From Enterococcus phage vB_EfaS_159: a stretch of DNA of 40,000 nucleotides. The position numbers were made by a program, and so were the translations under genes. Of the stretch, positions 8,165-18,185 are shown in pieces. Position 1 is the first letter of the stretch. Every line of letters begins with the position of its first letter. The stretch is taken from sequence record CAJDKF010000002.1. The stretch is one strand, 5' to 3'. The notes under the pieces were generated by a model. It was not told the DNA's origin and made no database searches. It saw only the letters and a program-made list of their open reading frames with translations.

Positions 8165-8526
8165 CATTACCTATTTTACAAGTGGCACAGATACTTAATG
8201 AAGCACACCCAGAAGTCAACTGGTTTACTAACGAAGTACCAAATGAGTTTGTATCACTTCCTAAGTTGCCAGTAGGTAGAATCACAGAGCTAGATATGGA
8301 CTATCACGCATACGCAAGTGCAGACCCAAATTATTACACAACCTATATCCAAGTTGATTTGTGGGTTGAAGATTTGACAATGTTAGATAAATACTATCTA
8401 GCAATTGATAAGACAATGCGTGCTGATAACGTACAATGTTCATTTAGTACACAGACATATGAACCAGACCTAGAGGGAGCAAGTCGCATTGTGAAGCGTT
8501 ACGTAATCACTCAAAGAGTTGTCTAA
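8161..8526 (+). CDS. tail component, DUF806-like
   Basis: Position before the major tail gene and sequence style. Confidence 0.7.
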   Translation: MTLPILQVAQILNEAHPEVNWFTNEVPNEFVSLPKLPVGRITELDMDYHAYASADPNYYTTYIQVDLWVEDLTMLDKYYLAIDKTMRADNVQCSFSTQTYEPDLEGASRIVKRYVITQRVV

Positions 8527-8532
8527 GTGACA

Positions 8533-8561
8533 CCCTAAAACACGTTGATTAATGATATAAT
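8533..8561 (+). promoter_or_regulatory. late-type promoter P6 (divergent box): CCCTAA-N17-TATAAT with extended TG
   Basis: CCCTAA 8533-8538, TGA 8553-8555, TATAAT 8556-8561. Confidence 0.5.
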
Positions 8562-8604
8562 TATTCTAGTAAGAAAATATAAACACTAAAGGAGAGAAAC
8601 AATT

Positions 8605-9171
8605 ATGGCAGTAGTAGGATTCAAAAAAGCAATCATTAGTGTACCTAAAAAAGCAGGTTCAGGTGTTGATAAATACACAATTGATAAAAGCGGTGGCGGT
8701 ACTATTGAAGCGTCAATTCAAGGAATTTCAGCAGAACAAACAACCGTTTATGCGTCAAACGTTCCAATTTGGGTATCAGCTAAAGGAGTTGGAGAGTTAA
8801 CAGCTTCATTAAACGTATTTGACTTGTATAAAGACAACGTTTATGAGAAAATTTTAGGTATTGAACGTGATAAAGATGGTATTGCAATCGTTGGTGAAAA
8901 TACAGAAGCGCCTTACGTTTCAGCAGTATTTGTTGCAGACGGTGCAGACGGTAAAGAAATGTACTTTGGTTTAGTTAAAGGACGTTTCAGCCACCCAGAA
9001 ATCGCATTGAATACAACAGAATCTGGTGGTACAGAACCAAATACAGAAACAATTGAAGGTTCATTTGTAACAGATTCACGTGGCTTTGCATACATGAGTG
9101 CTGTTTCAAGCGACACATTAACACTTGATAAGTTTGTTGACAAAGTAAACAATATTAATCAATTGCCCTAG
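8605..9171 (+). CDS. major tail protein
   Basis: Tail-tube-like sequence and position; 188 aa; ends TTG CCC TAG. Confidence 0.9.
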   Translation: MAVVGFKKAIISVPKKAGSGVDKYTIDKSGGGTIEASIQGISAEQTTVYASNVPIWVSAKGVGELTASLNVFDLYKDNVYEKILGIERDKDGIAIVGENTEAPYVSAVFVADGADGKEMYFGLVKGRFSHPEIALNTTESGGTEPNTETIEGSFVTDSRGFAYMSAVSSDTLTLDKFVDKVNNINQLP

Positions 9172-9234
9172 TACACCACCTGTGGTAGGACAGGTGACGC
9201 CAGCAGATACAAGTGTATCAATTGAATTGACTTA
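9160..9234 (+). repeat. copy 2 of the 75-nt frameshift/extension repeat
   Basis: Differs from 6778-6852 only at 9199 (A to G) and 9231 (G to C). Confidence 0.95.
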
Positions 9235-9235
9235 G
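9167..9235 (+). other. +1 frame extension of the major tail protein (STPPVVGQVTPADTSVSIELT*)
   Basis: CCC to CCT slip at 9166-9169, then open to TAG at 9233-9235; long form would be 209 aa. Confidence 0.8.
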
Positions 9236-9260
9236 AAGAGCGTAACAGCTCTTCTTTTTT
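9235..9260 (+). terminator. intrinsic terminator GAAGAGC-GTAACA-GCTCTTCTTTTTT
   Basis: 7-bp perfect stem and T tract. Confidence 0.85.
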
Positions 9261-9281
9261 ATTACACTGGTTTCACCAACA

Positions 9282-9310
9282 CCCACAACCATTGCTTTTA
9301 ATGCTATAAT
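9282..9310 (+). promoter_or_regulatory. late-type promoter P7: CCCACA-N17-TATAAT with extended TG
   Basis: CCCACA 9282-9287, TGC 9302-9304, TATAAT 9305-9310. Confidence 0.6.
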
Positions 9311-9345
9311 AACTATAGTAAATAAAATTATTTGGAGGAATAAAC

Positions 9346-9678
9346 ATGGCAAAACAAACAAAATCATTCAGTATTAACTTAATTATTGACGGAAAAAACC
9401 GCAAAATTACAAAAAAAGGTGTCAAAGTTAAGACAATGCGTAGTATTATGAAGTATTACCGTGATATGGAAAACGTACAAAAAGACATGGCTAATGGTGT
9501 AGAAGTTGACCAATTAGAATTGTTAGATTCAATGATTGTATTATTAGTTGAAATCTTTGAACACCCAGAAGTTACATTTGAAGCAATTGAAAACTCAATT
9601 GAATCTGATGACTTAGTAGACGTTTTAGAAAACATCTTAGGAACTATCATGGGGGTTGATGATTCAAAGGAAGCCTAG
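9346..9678 (+). CDS. tail assembly chaperone (gpG-like)
   Basis: Size and position between major tail and tape measure genes. Confidence 0.85.
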   Translation: MAKQTKSFSINLIIDGKNRKITKKGVKVKTMRSIMKYYRDMENVQKDMANGVEVDQLELLDSMIVLLVEIFEHPEVTFEAIENSIESDDLVDVLENILGTIMGVDDSKEA

Positions 9679-9917
9679 AGGACGGTGTAGAAGTTAACTG
9701 GGACGAATCTTTAGAATCACTAAATAAATTATATAATTCATACATGGAAGGTGGTTGGACCGTTAATGATGTTAGCGAAGCTGACTACCTTCTTTTATTG
9801 GAATTATTCAGTGATAATACTAAAGAGAAAAAAGAAGAGAAACAAGACCCATTAGCATTTTTTGGCACTGTCCTATCACCAACAGACCTAGCAAAAGCAA
9901 AAGGAGAGATTGAATAA
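9663..9917 (+). CDS. gpT-like tail assembly chaperone reading frame, probably made as a G-T frameshift fusion
   Basis: -1 frame opens after TGA at 9660-9662 and reads FKGSLEDGVEVNWDESLESLNKLYNSYMEGGWTVNDVSEADYLLLLELFSDNTKEKKEEKQDPLAFFGTVLSPTDLAKAKGEIE*, with no well-placed start or SD. Confidence 0.7.
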   Translation, partial: FKGSLEDGVEVNWDESLESLNKLYNSYMEGGWTVNDVSEADYLLLLELFSDNTKEKKEEKQDPLAFFGTVLSPTDLAKAKGEIE

Positions 9918-12900
9918 TGGCAGACAAAGTTATTGGCAATATGAAGTTTGGTATTGGTGTTGACGGTGTAGACCAGACCATTAATACATTAGACAAATTA
10001 AACAAGTCAATTAAACAACAAGAGTCCGCAATGAAAGCCAATTTATCAGTGTTTGATAAATCAGGACAAAGCATTGAGAAATTGCAACAAAAAGAAAAAG
10101 ACTTGGCAACAGCTACGGACTTACAAGGTAAGAAAGTTGAATTATTAAGTAAGAAACGTCAAGACGCTATTGCAAAATATGGTGAAGAATCAAACCAAGT
10201 TAAAACACTAACAACACAGTTAAACAATGCTAGTGCCAAATACAACGGAATGCAAAAAGATTTGCAAAAAACTACAGCTGACGTTATCAAGTTTGAGAAT
10301 GGTTTAGATAAACTAGGTCAAGAAATCAAAGATAACGCAAAAGACTTCCAAACACAAGCCAACGCAATGGATAAAGCTGGCGACAAAATGGGTGCTTTGG
10401 AAACAAAACAGGCTGGTTTAAAACGTCAATCAGACCTAACAAAACAGGCTATTGCAGGTCAAGAAAACGCAATCAAACAATTAACGCAAAAGTTTGGTAA
10501 AAATTCAACAGAAGTTAGCAAAGCTGAACAAGAGTTACAAGGCTTTAAAAAGCAATTAAACAACACAGACAGCGAACTAGATTCAGTATCCAAAGGAATG
10601 CAAGAACTAGGTAAGTCAAGTGGTGAAACTAGTGAAGGTTTAGGACTAGCAAGTAAAGGACTACAAGGTTTAGTTGCTGGTGTTGGTATGGCAGTAGCTA
10701 CCAAAGCTATGGATATGATTAGTGACGCCGTTTCAGAAGTTGTTGAAAATATTAATGCTGGTATTGAAGCGGTTGACAAATTCAAAGGTGCGTTTGATTG
10801 GGACGCAGAGAGCGCACAAGCCGTTTCAAGGTTAGCTAACCAATTAGTTGCAGAAGGTTATTCAGACGACATCAACGAAGTAGCAGAAGCAATGATACGT
10901 GTTCAAAATGTAATGGGTGCTGACGGCATGGATGATGACATGCTACAACGCATGACACGTAATGCAATTGCATTTTCTAAAAATACAGGCGCAGACGTAA
11001 ACGAGACTATTCGTGGTATTGGTAAAATGATGACCAACTTTGGTATTGACGCAGACAAAGCTTGGGACTTGATGGCACGTGGCGCACAAATGGGACTTGA
11101 CCAAACAGACGAACTAGGCGACAACATGGCTGAATACTCACAGATTTTTGGTCAAGCTGGTTTCACAGCAGAACAAACATTTGACATGTTACAAAGTGGT
11201 CTAGATGGTGGAGCATACAACTTAGACAAAGTCAATGACTTAATCAAAGAAATGGCTATTTCATTAACAGATGGTCGTTTTGAGGACAACATAGGTATGT
11301 TCAGCGGTCAAACACAAGAACTGTTTAGACAATGGCAACAAGGTGGAGCAACACAAGCGGACGTTATCCGTTCAATGATTAGTGACTTTGGAGGTATGGA
11401 AAACCAATATGAAGCACTAAACAAAGCTGGGACAATCTGGTCCGCATTAGGTGAAGATAACAGCTTGAATGTTATCAAGTCATTAAACAATACATCAATG
11501 GCATATGATAACGTAGAAGGCGCACAAGACGCAATGAACAACGCAATGAGCAACACAACTGGAATGGACGCTTTTAAATCAGCATTAAAAGCATTAGGAA
11601 ATGAAATTGGTATCTCATTGAACCCAATGTTTGGTGGAATGGCAGACGGTATCACAAACTTTACCAAGAAAATTCTACCAATGGTGCAACCAGCATTGCA
11701 AAAAATGTGGGAGTTTGCACAACCAATTCTTGAAAAGTTAACGCAATATCTTGGTACATCTTTCAAGGTTGCGGGCGACATTATGGGTGTTGTGATTAAG
11801 TATATTGCAGATGACTTAATACCTTACATCATGCCTAAGCTTCAAGAACTTGGCGACAGATTGGGTGCTGTTTTTGATAAGGTGACTAAGTGGTGGAATG
11901 AGAACGGACAAGCAATAATGAATGCACTTAAAAAGTGGTTAGAATTATTAACACCAATTTTTAAAATTGCAATTGATATTGTAATGATGTTTGTTGATTC
12001 AGTAGTTGGTTTGATTGAAGGTTTCTTCAATGTAATTGAAGGGGCAACAAAAATCTTTAAAGGTATTTTCAACGGTGATTGGAAATTAATTTGGGACGGT
12101 ATCAAACAATTAGTTTGGGGTGCTATTCAAGTAATTTGGAACTGGATAAATCTTTCATTCTTTGGTAAAATATTAAAAGGTGTAAAAGGTTTTGGCGCAA
12201 CATTCAAAGGTTCAATTTCTGGAATGTGGGAAGCTGTTAAAAACTTCTTTAAAGGTGGTATATCAAATGTAAATGGTGCCGTTTCTGGTTGGTTTGGTAA
12301 TGTAACACGCATTGCAGGTGACCTTAGAAGTAATGTTTCAGGAACTATTTCATCTCTTTGGAAGGGAATCAAAAACACATTCAGTGGTGGTATTGATACA
12401 ATTGTACGCTGGTTTACTGGTTTGCCAGAACGTTTAGGCGGTGCAATTAGTGGCGGTGCTAAGCATGTTACTGGTGCATTTAAAGGTATTTTCAATAAGG
12501 TATTGAGTGCAATTGGTGGTCCAGTAAATGGTATCATTGGCGGTGCTAACTGGGTGTTAGAAAAGTTTGGCGCACCTCAAATTCCTAAATGGGACGTACC
12601 ACAATATGCAAGCGGTACTGACGGTCACATAGGCGGACCTATGGTAGTAAATGACGGTGGTGGCGCTGAAATGGTAATCGCACCAAACGGTCAAGCAATG
12701 ATTCCAAAAGGTAGAAACGTTATGATGAATGCACCAGCTGGTACACAAGTGCTAAATGCCAAAGAAACATCAATGGTATTAGGACAAAAAGGGCGCATTC
12801 CATTCTATAAAAAAGGAACTGGTTTCATGGACGGCGTCCGCAACATGTGGGACAATACCAAGTCCTTTGTTGGTAATGGTATTAACAAGGTAAAACAAAC

Positions 12901-13783
12901 CATTGGCGATATTATGGACTGGGTAGGCAATCCGTTAGACTTAGCACGAAATGCAATTATGGGTGCAATGGACTTAGGAGGTCTAACACACGTAGCATTA
13001 GACATGGCAAAAGGTTTAGGAACAAAAGCTACAACTGCATTTGCTGAAAAGGTGAAAGCCTTATTCAAAAAGAAAGAAGAGGAAGAACGTGTTAGTGGTC
13101 CTGTAGATGGTAACTGGCGTGCATTAGTCATCAAAGCTTCCAAAGAAATGGGCGCAAATGCTAGTGAAAGTGAAATCAATGGTATCTTGGCACAGATTCA
13201 ACGTGAATCAGGTGGTAATGAAAAGATTGTTCAAAGTTCAGCAGTATGGGATGTCAACACAGCAAGCGGAAACCCAGCACGTGGTTTACTTCAATATATC
13301 CCACAAACGTTTGACGCATACAAGGTGAAAGGACATGGCAACATTTATTCAGGTTATGACCAATTACTAGCATTCTTCAACAATACTAACTGGCGTCAAG
13401 ACTTACCTTATGGTAAATCTGGTTGGGGTCCATCTGGTGGACGCATTAGAGGTTATTATAATGGTGGTATTGCAAAAGGTCCACAAATTGCAAAACTTGC
13501 TGAAAATGGCTATCCAGAATTTATTATTCCAACTGAACCAGCTAAACGAGGAAGAGCAATGGCATTGCTTAACCAAGCTAAACAAGCATTGGGAGTGAAG
13601 GAAGAACGCAACACACCTAAGCAAGGAACATCAACAGACTTGGCAACAGTGGTTGCTTTAATGCAACAACAGAACGAATTGTTACAAGCTATCTTAGCCA
13701 AAAATACAGATGTGTTATTGGACGGTAAGAAGCTTAACAAGGAACTTAACCGTATAGACGCAACGCAACAACGTAGTAACTAA
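9917..13783 (+). CDS. tail tape measure protein with C-terminal SLT/lysozyme-like domain
   Basis: 1288 aa, coiled coil, hydrophobic segments; ESEINGILAQIQRESGGNEKIVQSSAVWDVNTASGNPARGLLQYIPQTF. Confidence 0.93.
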   Translation: MADKVIGNMKFGIGVDGVDQTINTLDKLNKSIKQQESAMKANLSVFDKSGQSIEKLQQKEKDLATATDLQGKKVELLSKKRQDAIAKYGEESNQVKTLTTQLNNASAKYNGMQKDLQKTTADVIKFENGLDKLGQEIKDNAKDFQTQANAMDKAGDKMGALETKQAGLKRQSDLTKQAIAGQENAIKQLTQKFGKNSTEVSKAEQELQGFKKQLNNTDSELDSVSKGMQELGKSSGETSEGLGLASKGLQGLVAGVGMAVATKAMDMISDAVSEVVENINAGIEAVDKFKGAFDWDAESAQAVSRLANQLVAEGYSDDINEVAEAMIRVQNVMGADGMDDDMLQRMTRNAIAFSKNTGADVNETIRGIGKMMTNFGIDADKAWDLMARGAQMGLDQTDELGDNMAEYSQIFGQAGFTAEQTFDMLQSGLDGGAYNLDKVNDLIKEMAISLTDGRFEDNIGMFSGQTQELFRQWQQGGATQADVIRSMISDFGGMENQYEALNKAGTIWSALGEDNSLNVIKSLNNTSMAYDNVEGAQDAMNNAMSNTTGMDAFKSALKALGNEIGISLNPMFGGMADGITNFTKKILPMVQPALQKMWEFAQPILEKLTQYLGTSFKVAGDIMGVVIKYIADDLIPYIMPKLQELGDRLGAVFDKVTKWWNENGQAIMNALKKWLELLTPIFKIAIDIVMMFVDSVVGLIEGFFNVIEGATKIFKGIFNGDWKLIWDGIKQLVWGAIQVIWNWINLSFFGKILKGVKGFGATFKGSISGMWEAVKNFFKGGISNVNGAVSGWFGNVTRIAGDLRSNVSGTISSLWKGIKNTFSGGIDTIVRWFTGLPERLGGAISGGAKHVTGAFKGIFNKVLSAIGGPVNGIIGGANWVLEKFGAPQIPKWDVPQYASGTDGHIGGPMVVNDGGGAEMVIAPNGQAMIPKGRNVMMNAPAGTQVLNAKETSMVLGQKGRIPFYKKGTGFMDGVRNMWDNTKSFVGNGINKVKQTIGDIMDWVGNPLDLARNAIMGAMDLGGLTHVALDMAKGLGTKATTAFAEKVKALFKKKEEEERVSGPVDGNWRALVIKASKEMGANASESEINGILAQIQRESGGNEKIVQSSAVWDVNTASGNPARGLLQYIPQTFDAYKVKGHGNIYSGYDQLLAFFNNTNWRQDLPYGKSGWGPSGGRIRGYYNGGIAKGPQIAKLAENGYPEFIIPTEPAKRGRAMALLNQAKQALGVKEERNTPKQGTSTDLATVVALMQQQNELLQAILAKNTDVLLDGKKLNKELNRIDATQQRSN

Positions 13784-13801
13784 GAAAAGGAGATAATACA
13801 C

Positions 13802-15877
13802 ATGAAAGAAAACTATAACTTTTTAAGGTCATTCACGTTCAATGGTATGGAAACAAGTCATTTGTTCCAGATAGCAAAAGTAAACATACCGTTTTTATCA
13901 AAGGATAATGACTACTATAACGTGGGCAATACAGATGGCAAACATTTTAGAAACACTAAACTAGGTGATTATAGTATTAGTATTGACGGATTCATTATAT
14001 CTGATAATTCTAAAATGAGCGTTTCAAAGACAAAAGATGAACTTGTTAAAATAATTAACAGTGACGAACCAAAGAAGCTTATTCTAGATTTATTTCCAGA
14101 TAGGTATTTTAGCGCTATATTTTCTGGAACACAGGAATATGATGCAACAGATACAAAGTATACACCGTTTACATTGGTATTTGATGTACCAGATGCACTA
14201 GCTCATCAAATAGAACCAAGTGGCTACACTAATGTAACAACTACAAACGAAAACCTAGTTATTGATTCTGAATTTAAGGATATACGTAAATACTATAAAC
14301 CTTGGACAGTGAAGCTTGTGGAGGATAACAATGGTAGTTCCATTATACGTGGTGACTTTTCAACATCAAGACCAACTGGCTTTGATAGTGTTAATTGGGA
14401 CGAAGCATGGTTTCAAATGAACGCATACACACGTAGGGTTATTAAAGATTTAACTGTTGGGACTAAAGTTAAGGCTAGCATAGAGGCTAGGGTTGTTCAA
14501 AAAAATAATAATTTTGAAAACAATGGTAAGCTAATTGTTGAAGAGTGGGGTATTAATCCAACACGTATTTTAGAACGTCACGAAGTTGTTATTCCAGCTA
14601 CAGAGAGTGACACATTTACTAGATATACTATTGATACAACTATTAAAAATAAAGATACACAAGCTATTAACCTTGCGTTTGGCTCAATAGGAAACTTCAC
14701 AATAGTTGACTTTAGCAAACCTATGCTGAGTATTAACCCAGCAGAACCATTTATATATGTACCAAGTGAAACAGCTTTAACAGAAAACCTACTGGTTTCA
14801 AATAATGGAACATATAGGACTTACCCAAGATATACATTCAAGATGAACAGTGAGAATGCAATGGTAGCTCTAATTAATGATAAAGGTAATATTTTACAGT
14901 TTGGTAACCCAAATGATGTTGATGTAGCTACATCACTAAAAGTTGAAACAGTTAAGTGGTGGGACTTCTGGGGTGACACATTAGGTGAGGAATGGGTTAT
15001 AAACAGGAACTTTGATACATCATATCCTAATTACGCATTTGACCCTAGTAAACCTAATGTTTTTTCAGGAACATTTGACATGGCTAAAAACCCAGATGAT
15101 GTTACACCTACATTTACACCTAATACTGGTACAGGTTATTGGCATGGTCCATCTATGCTTGCACCGTTTCCTGCAAACTCAAATAATGAACGTACAGGAC
15201 CAATCACAGCCTCAATTCGATTCAACTTCTTATATAGTAAAATTCAAGCTATGGGGCGGGTTGAGATGAATTTACAAGATGTAAATGGTAAAGCTGTTAT
15301 GTCAGTAGTATTCAGAGATTCTACAGCAGATAATGATAATATCTACATGGAATGTATATACAAAAATGAGCTACAACATACGTATACCCTTGATAAAAAT
15401 AAGTTTAAAAACGGGTGGCGCGAAGTAACCCTTGAACGTTGGTCAGATAAGATTGTTTGGCGGTTATCTCAAATAAAATCATTAGCTCCAAACGATAATG
15501 TACATGTTGGTAACGAATTTAAATATGCGCTTAACATTGTAGATACATCAGAAATAATGAGTTACGGACAATGGTTTCAACGTTGGCAAAACAAATTACA
15601 TGTGCTAATGAGTGTTTCAGATGTAAAAATCAGATGGCGTGATGTTTCAGTAACTACAAATGTAAAAAACATTTTTCAAGACGGTGATATTGTTGAGATT
15701 GATACCAAACAACGTGTGGTATATGTAAATGGTGTTATTAATGGAGATATAAACACTGTTGGTAATGAATGGGAAAAATTTAGACTAGAATTAGGGGATA
15801 CAACCATCACACCTATCGTTTCTGAATGGGCAAGCAGACCAGAGGTAACAGCTATAGTTGAAGAAAGCTACTTATAA
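13802..15877 (+). CDS. distal tail protein (Dit), extended with probable carbohydrate-binding insertion(s)
   Basis: N-terminal Sipho_tail-like RSFTFNGMETSHLFQIAKVNIPF; 691 aa, far longer than classical Dit. Confidence 0.8.
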   Translation: MKENYNFLRSFTFNGMETSHLFQIAKVNIPFLSKDNDYYNVGNTDGKHFRNTKLGDYSISIDGFIISDNSKMSVSKTKDELVKIINSDEPKKLILDLFPDRYFSAIFSGTQEYDATDTKYTPFTLVFDVPDALAHQIEPSGYTNVTTTNENLVIDSEFKDIRKYYKPWTVKLVEDNNGSSIIRGDFSTSRPTGFDSVNWDEAWFQMNAYTRRVIKDLTVGTKVKASIEARVVQKNNNFENNGKLIVEEWGINPTRILERHEVVIPATESDTFTRYTIDTTIKNKDTQAINLAFGSIGNFTIVDFSKPMLSINPAEPFIYVPSETALTENLLVSNNGTYRTYPRYTFKMNSENAMVALINDKGNILQFGNPNDVDVATSLKVETVKWWDFWGDTLGEEWVINRNFDTSYPNYAFDPSKPNVFSGTFDMAKNPDDVTPTFTPNTGTGYWHGPSMLAPFPANSNNERTGPITASIRFNFLYSKIQAMGRVEMNLQDVNGKAVMSVVFRDSTADNDNIYMECIYKNELQHTYTLDKNKFKNGWREVTLERWSDKIVWRLSQIKSLAPNDNVHVGNEFKYALNIVDTSEIMSYGQWFQRWQNKLHVLMSVSDVKIRWRDVSVTTNVKNIFQDGDIVEIDTKQRVVYVNGVINGDINTVGNEWEKFRLELGDTTITPIVSEWASRPEVTAIVEESYL

Positions 15878-15921
15878 AAAATAAGGGTGGTGTAATAGCC
15901 ACCCTAAATGGAGGTAATAAA

Positions 15922-18150
15922 ATGGATTTTTATGTAACAGATAGAGAGTTCACACTTAAAACAATTATATCAACAGAAGGAAACACCGTATTCAAAGTGG
16001 TTTCTTCAAAAGATACAATAGAGTTATCAACAGCATCACGGAGACTAGATATTGATGTTAGTTTTACGCATGATACAACAGATAAGGCAAAAGAATATTT
16101 CAAGGTAGGTAATTACTTTTTATACAAGGACCTTAATGGTAAATTTATATGGGCAACCATTATGAAAGCTACACATGACCCATTGAATCAGGTTCGCAGT
16201 TTAGAGTTAGAAGTTGCATCACTTGACCTACTAAACGAAACTGTACCTGAATATTCAGCAGACAAGCAATATACTGCCAAAGAATATATTGAGATGTTTA
16301 CTTGGGATTCTGGATATACAGTAGGAATAAATGAAATACCTAATTTAAAACGTACATTAAAATGGGATTCAGCCATGACCGCATTAGAACGCATACAATC
16401 CGTTGCCACGCAATTTGATAACGCTGAACTTGAATTTACCTATGACTTTGATGGTAATAAACTAACACAGCGTAAAATAAATATATATAAGAAACGTGGT
16501 AAGAATACAAATCACACTCTATATGTAAATAAGGATATTAACTCAATAACTACAGAGGAAGATATATACTCACTTCTAAATAGCGCCCATCCAGTTGGTG
16601 GAACACCAGAGGGTAAGGACGAACCCATAACATTGAAGGGGTTTAACTGGACTGACCCATACAAGAGATTTACAGTTGACCCAAAAGGTGGTTATGTATA
16701 TGACACACAGAACATAAAAGAGTGGTCAAGAACCAATACAACAACTCATTATTTCATGCAAGAATTGCAGTTTGAAGCAATGTCACAGCAGAAGTTATTA
16801 GATGAAACAATACTTCATTTAAAAAAATATAGTAAACCCATAGTATCATATAACGTAGATATTGCAAATATACCATATCAGTTAGAAGTTGGGGACACAT
16901 TGAAATTAGTTGATGAAAACGAAAAGTTATATCTACAATCCAGAGTACAACAACTTGAATATGACTATACAACCAACACATGTGAAGCTACATTATCTGA
17001 CTTCGTTAGACTTGAAAGTGGTATAAGTGACGAGTTAAGAAAGTTAGCTAATGACTTACAGGCAAACCTAAATAAAGGTATCAAATCAGTTCCAAAAGTA
17101 TATGTACAACCTGACATACCAGTAAACGCAAAAGAAGGTGATATTTGGTGGGTATCAACAACAGAGCAACAAGACTATGAGGTTAGAGGCATAGACAATG
17201 GTTTGATTAGTGGTTATAAAGTATTTAGAGGTGGACAGTGGGTAGAACAAACAATTGACCAATCCATACTTAATATTGAAACACTAAACGCAGTAAACAT
17301 CAATGGTTCTACCATTAACGGTTCTGAATTTATAACAACATGGAATACAACAACAGGTGATGTTAGGAAGGTTGGTAGCGCCAAATTATCAGATGGTACG
17401 TTAGGTATTGAAAACTACACCTATGCTACACATAATGGTGTTGAAACACTAAGAAAACTAGATATATCAACAATATATAACAGTGATATATCTAACTTCG
17501 CACAGTCATACGATATGGAAACTGGTTTAAACATAACAAGAACATCAACCGCAAAACTAGTTGATGGTACAATAGACATTGCCACCACCTATCCAAGCGG
17601 CTCACCTAAGCCTAACTCATACACTGTTTTGAATGGTGAAGGTATAACCGTTAACAGAAAGAAACCATTTGGCGCTTTCTTTAGCGCTGGTCCAAACTTA
17701 GACAAGGCAGGTAATAATAATCTACTAAGACTAGGACCCTATAGTGGGGCAGACTTTAACACCTCGACATATGAGGTTAATCAAACAATTATTTTCAATC
17801 CAAATAGGGATGCGTTCCAAATACTACGTGACTGCACTTTAAAAATAGATGTTACATTACGTCACCAAGGAGATGGTACATCCTCACAATCACCTTACGT
17901 CTATACAGCTATTGTTGTTGACCAAGACATAACTAAGTTAACATCAAAACCAGAGTATGGGTATATACAAGCTATAGGTTCATACGGTAGTAACGTTCCT
18001 AACCTACGTTTTATATCAGGTGGTTCATATGTAGTAAACTTTAAAAAAGGAGATTATGGCGCATTGCGTTTAGGTCTTGCCAGTGGTAAATATAGTTTTA
18101 TCAGTTCAGTACCATCAATGCAAATAACAGAAGTATTTAGTATAGATTAA
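15922..18150 (+). CDS. tail-associated protein (Tal, prophage endopeptidase-type N-terminus) with C-terminal receptor-binding-like region
   Basis: N-terminal Tal-type module; repetitive TINGS segments; position after Dit. Confidence 0.8.
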   Translation: MDFYVTDREFTLKTIISTEGNTVFKVVSSKDTIELSTASRRLDIDVSFTHDTTDKAKEYFKVGNYFLYKDLNGKFIWATIMKATHDPLNQVRSLELEVASLDLLNETVPEYSADKQYTAKEYIEMFTWDSGYTVGINEIPNLKRTLKWDSAMTALERIQSVATQFDNAELEFTYDFDGNKLTQRKINIYKKRGKNTNHTLYVNKDINSITTEEDIYSLLNSAHPVGGTPEGKDEPITLKGFNWTDPYKRFTVDPKGGYVYDTQNIKEWSRTNTTTHYFMQELQFEAMSQQKLLDETILHLKKYSKPIVSYNVDIANIPYQLEVGDTLKLVDENEKLYLQSRVQQLEYDYTTNTCEATLSDFVRLESGISDELRKLANDLQANLNKGIKSVPKVYVQPDIPVNAKEGDIWWVSTTEQQDYEVRGIDNGLISGYKVFRGGQWVEQTIDQSILNIETLNAVNINGSTINGSEFITTWNTTTGDVRKVGSAKLSDGTLGIENYTYATHNGVETLRKLDISTIYNSDISNFAQSYDMETGLNITRTSTAKLVDGTIDIATTYPSGSPKPNSYTVLNGEGITVNRKKPFGAFFSAGPNLDKAGNNNLLRLGPYSGADFNTSTYEVNQTIIFNPNRDAFQILRDCTLKIDVTLRHQGDGTSSQSPYVYTAIVVDQDITKLTSKPEYGYIQAIGSYGSNVPNLRFISGGSYVVNFKKGDYGALRLGLASGKYSFISSVPSMQITEVFSID

Positions 18151-18158
18151 TAATGTAA

Positions 18159-18185
18159 AACACCTCTTTTCAGGGGTGTTTTTAT
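18159..18185 (+). terminator. intrinsic terminator AACACCTCT..AGGGGTGTTTTTA
   Basis: Stem plus T tract after the Tal gene. Confidence 0.8.

Noticed and set aside
9735-9917. Independent gene starting at the internal ATG of the gpT frame
   Set aside because: No SD at a proper distance; the conserved tail-chaperone arrangement with an overlapping downstream frame makes translational frameshifting more likely, though not proven.
10459-13740. Several long reverse-strand ORFs inside the tape measure gene (e.g. 10459-10785, 11308-11781, 12127-12537)
   Set aside because: Antisense shadows of a long coding gene; no SDs and low-complexity Ser/Thr/Pro composition.
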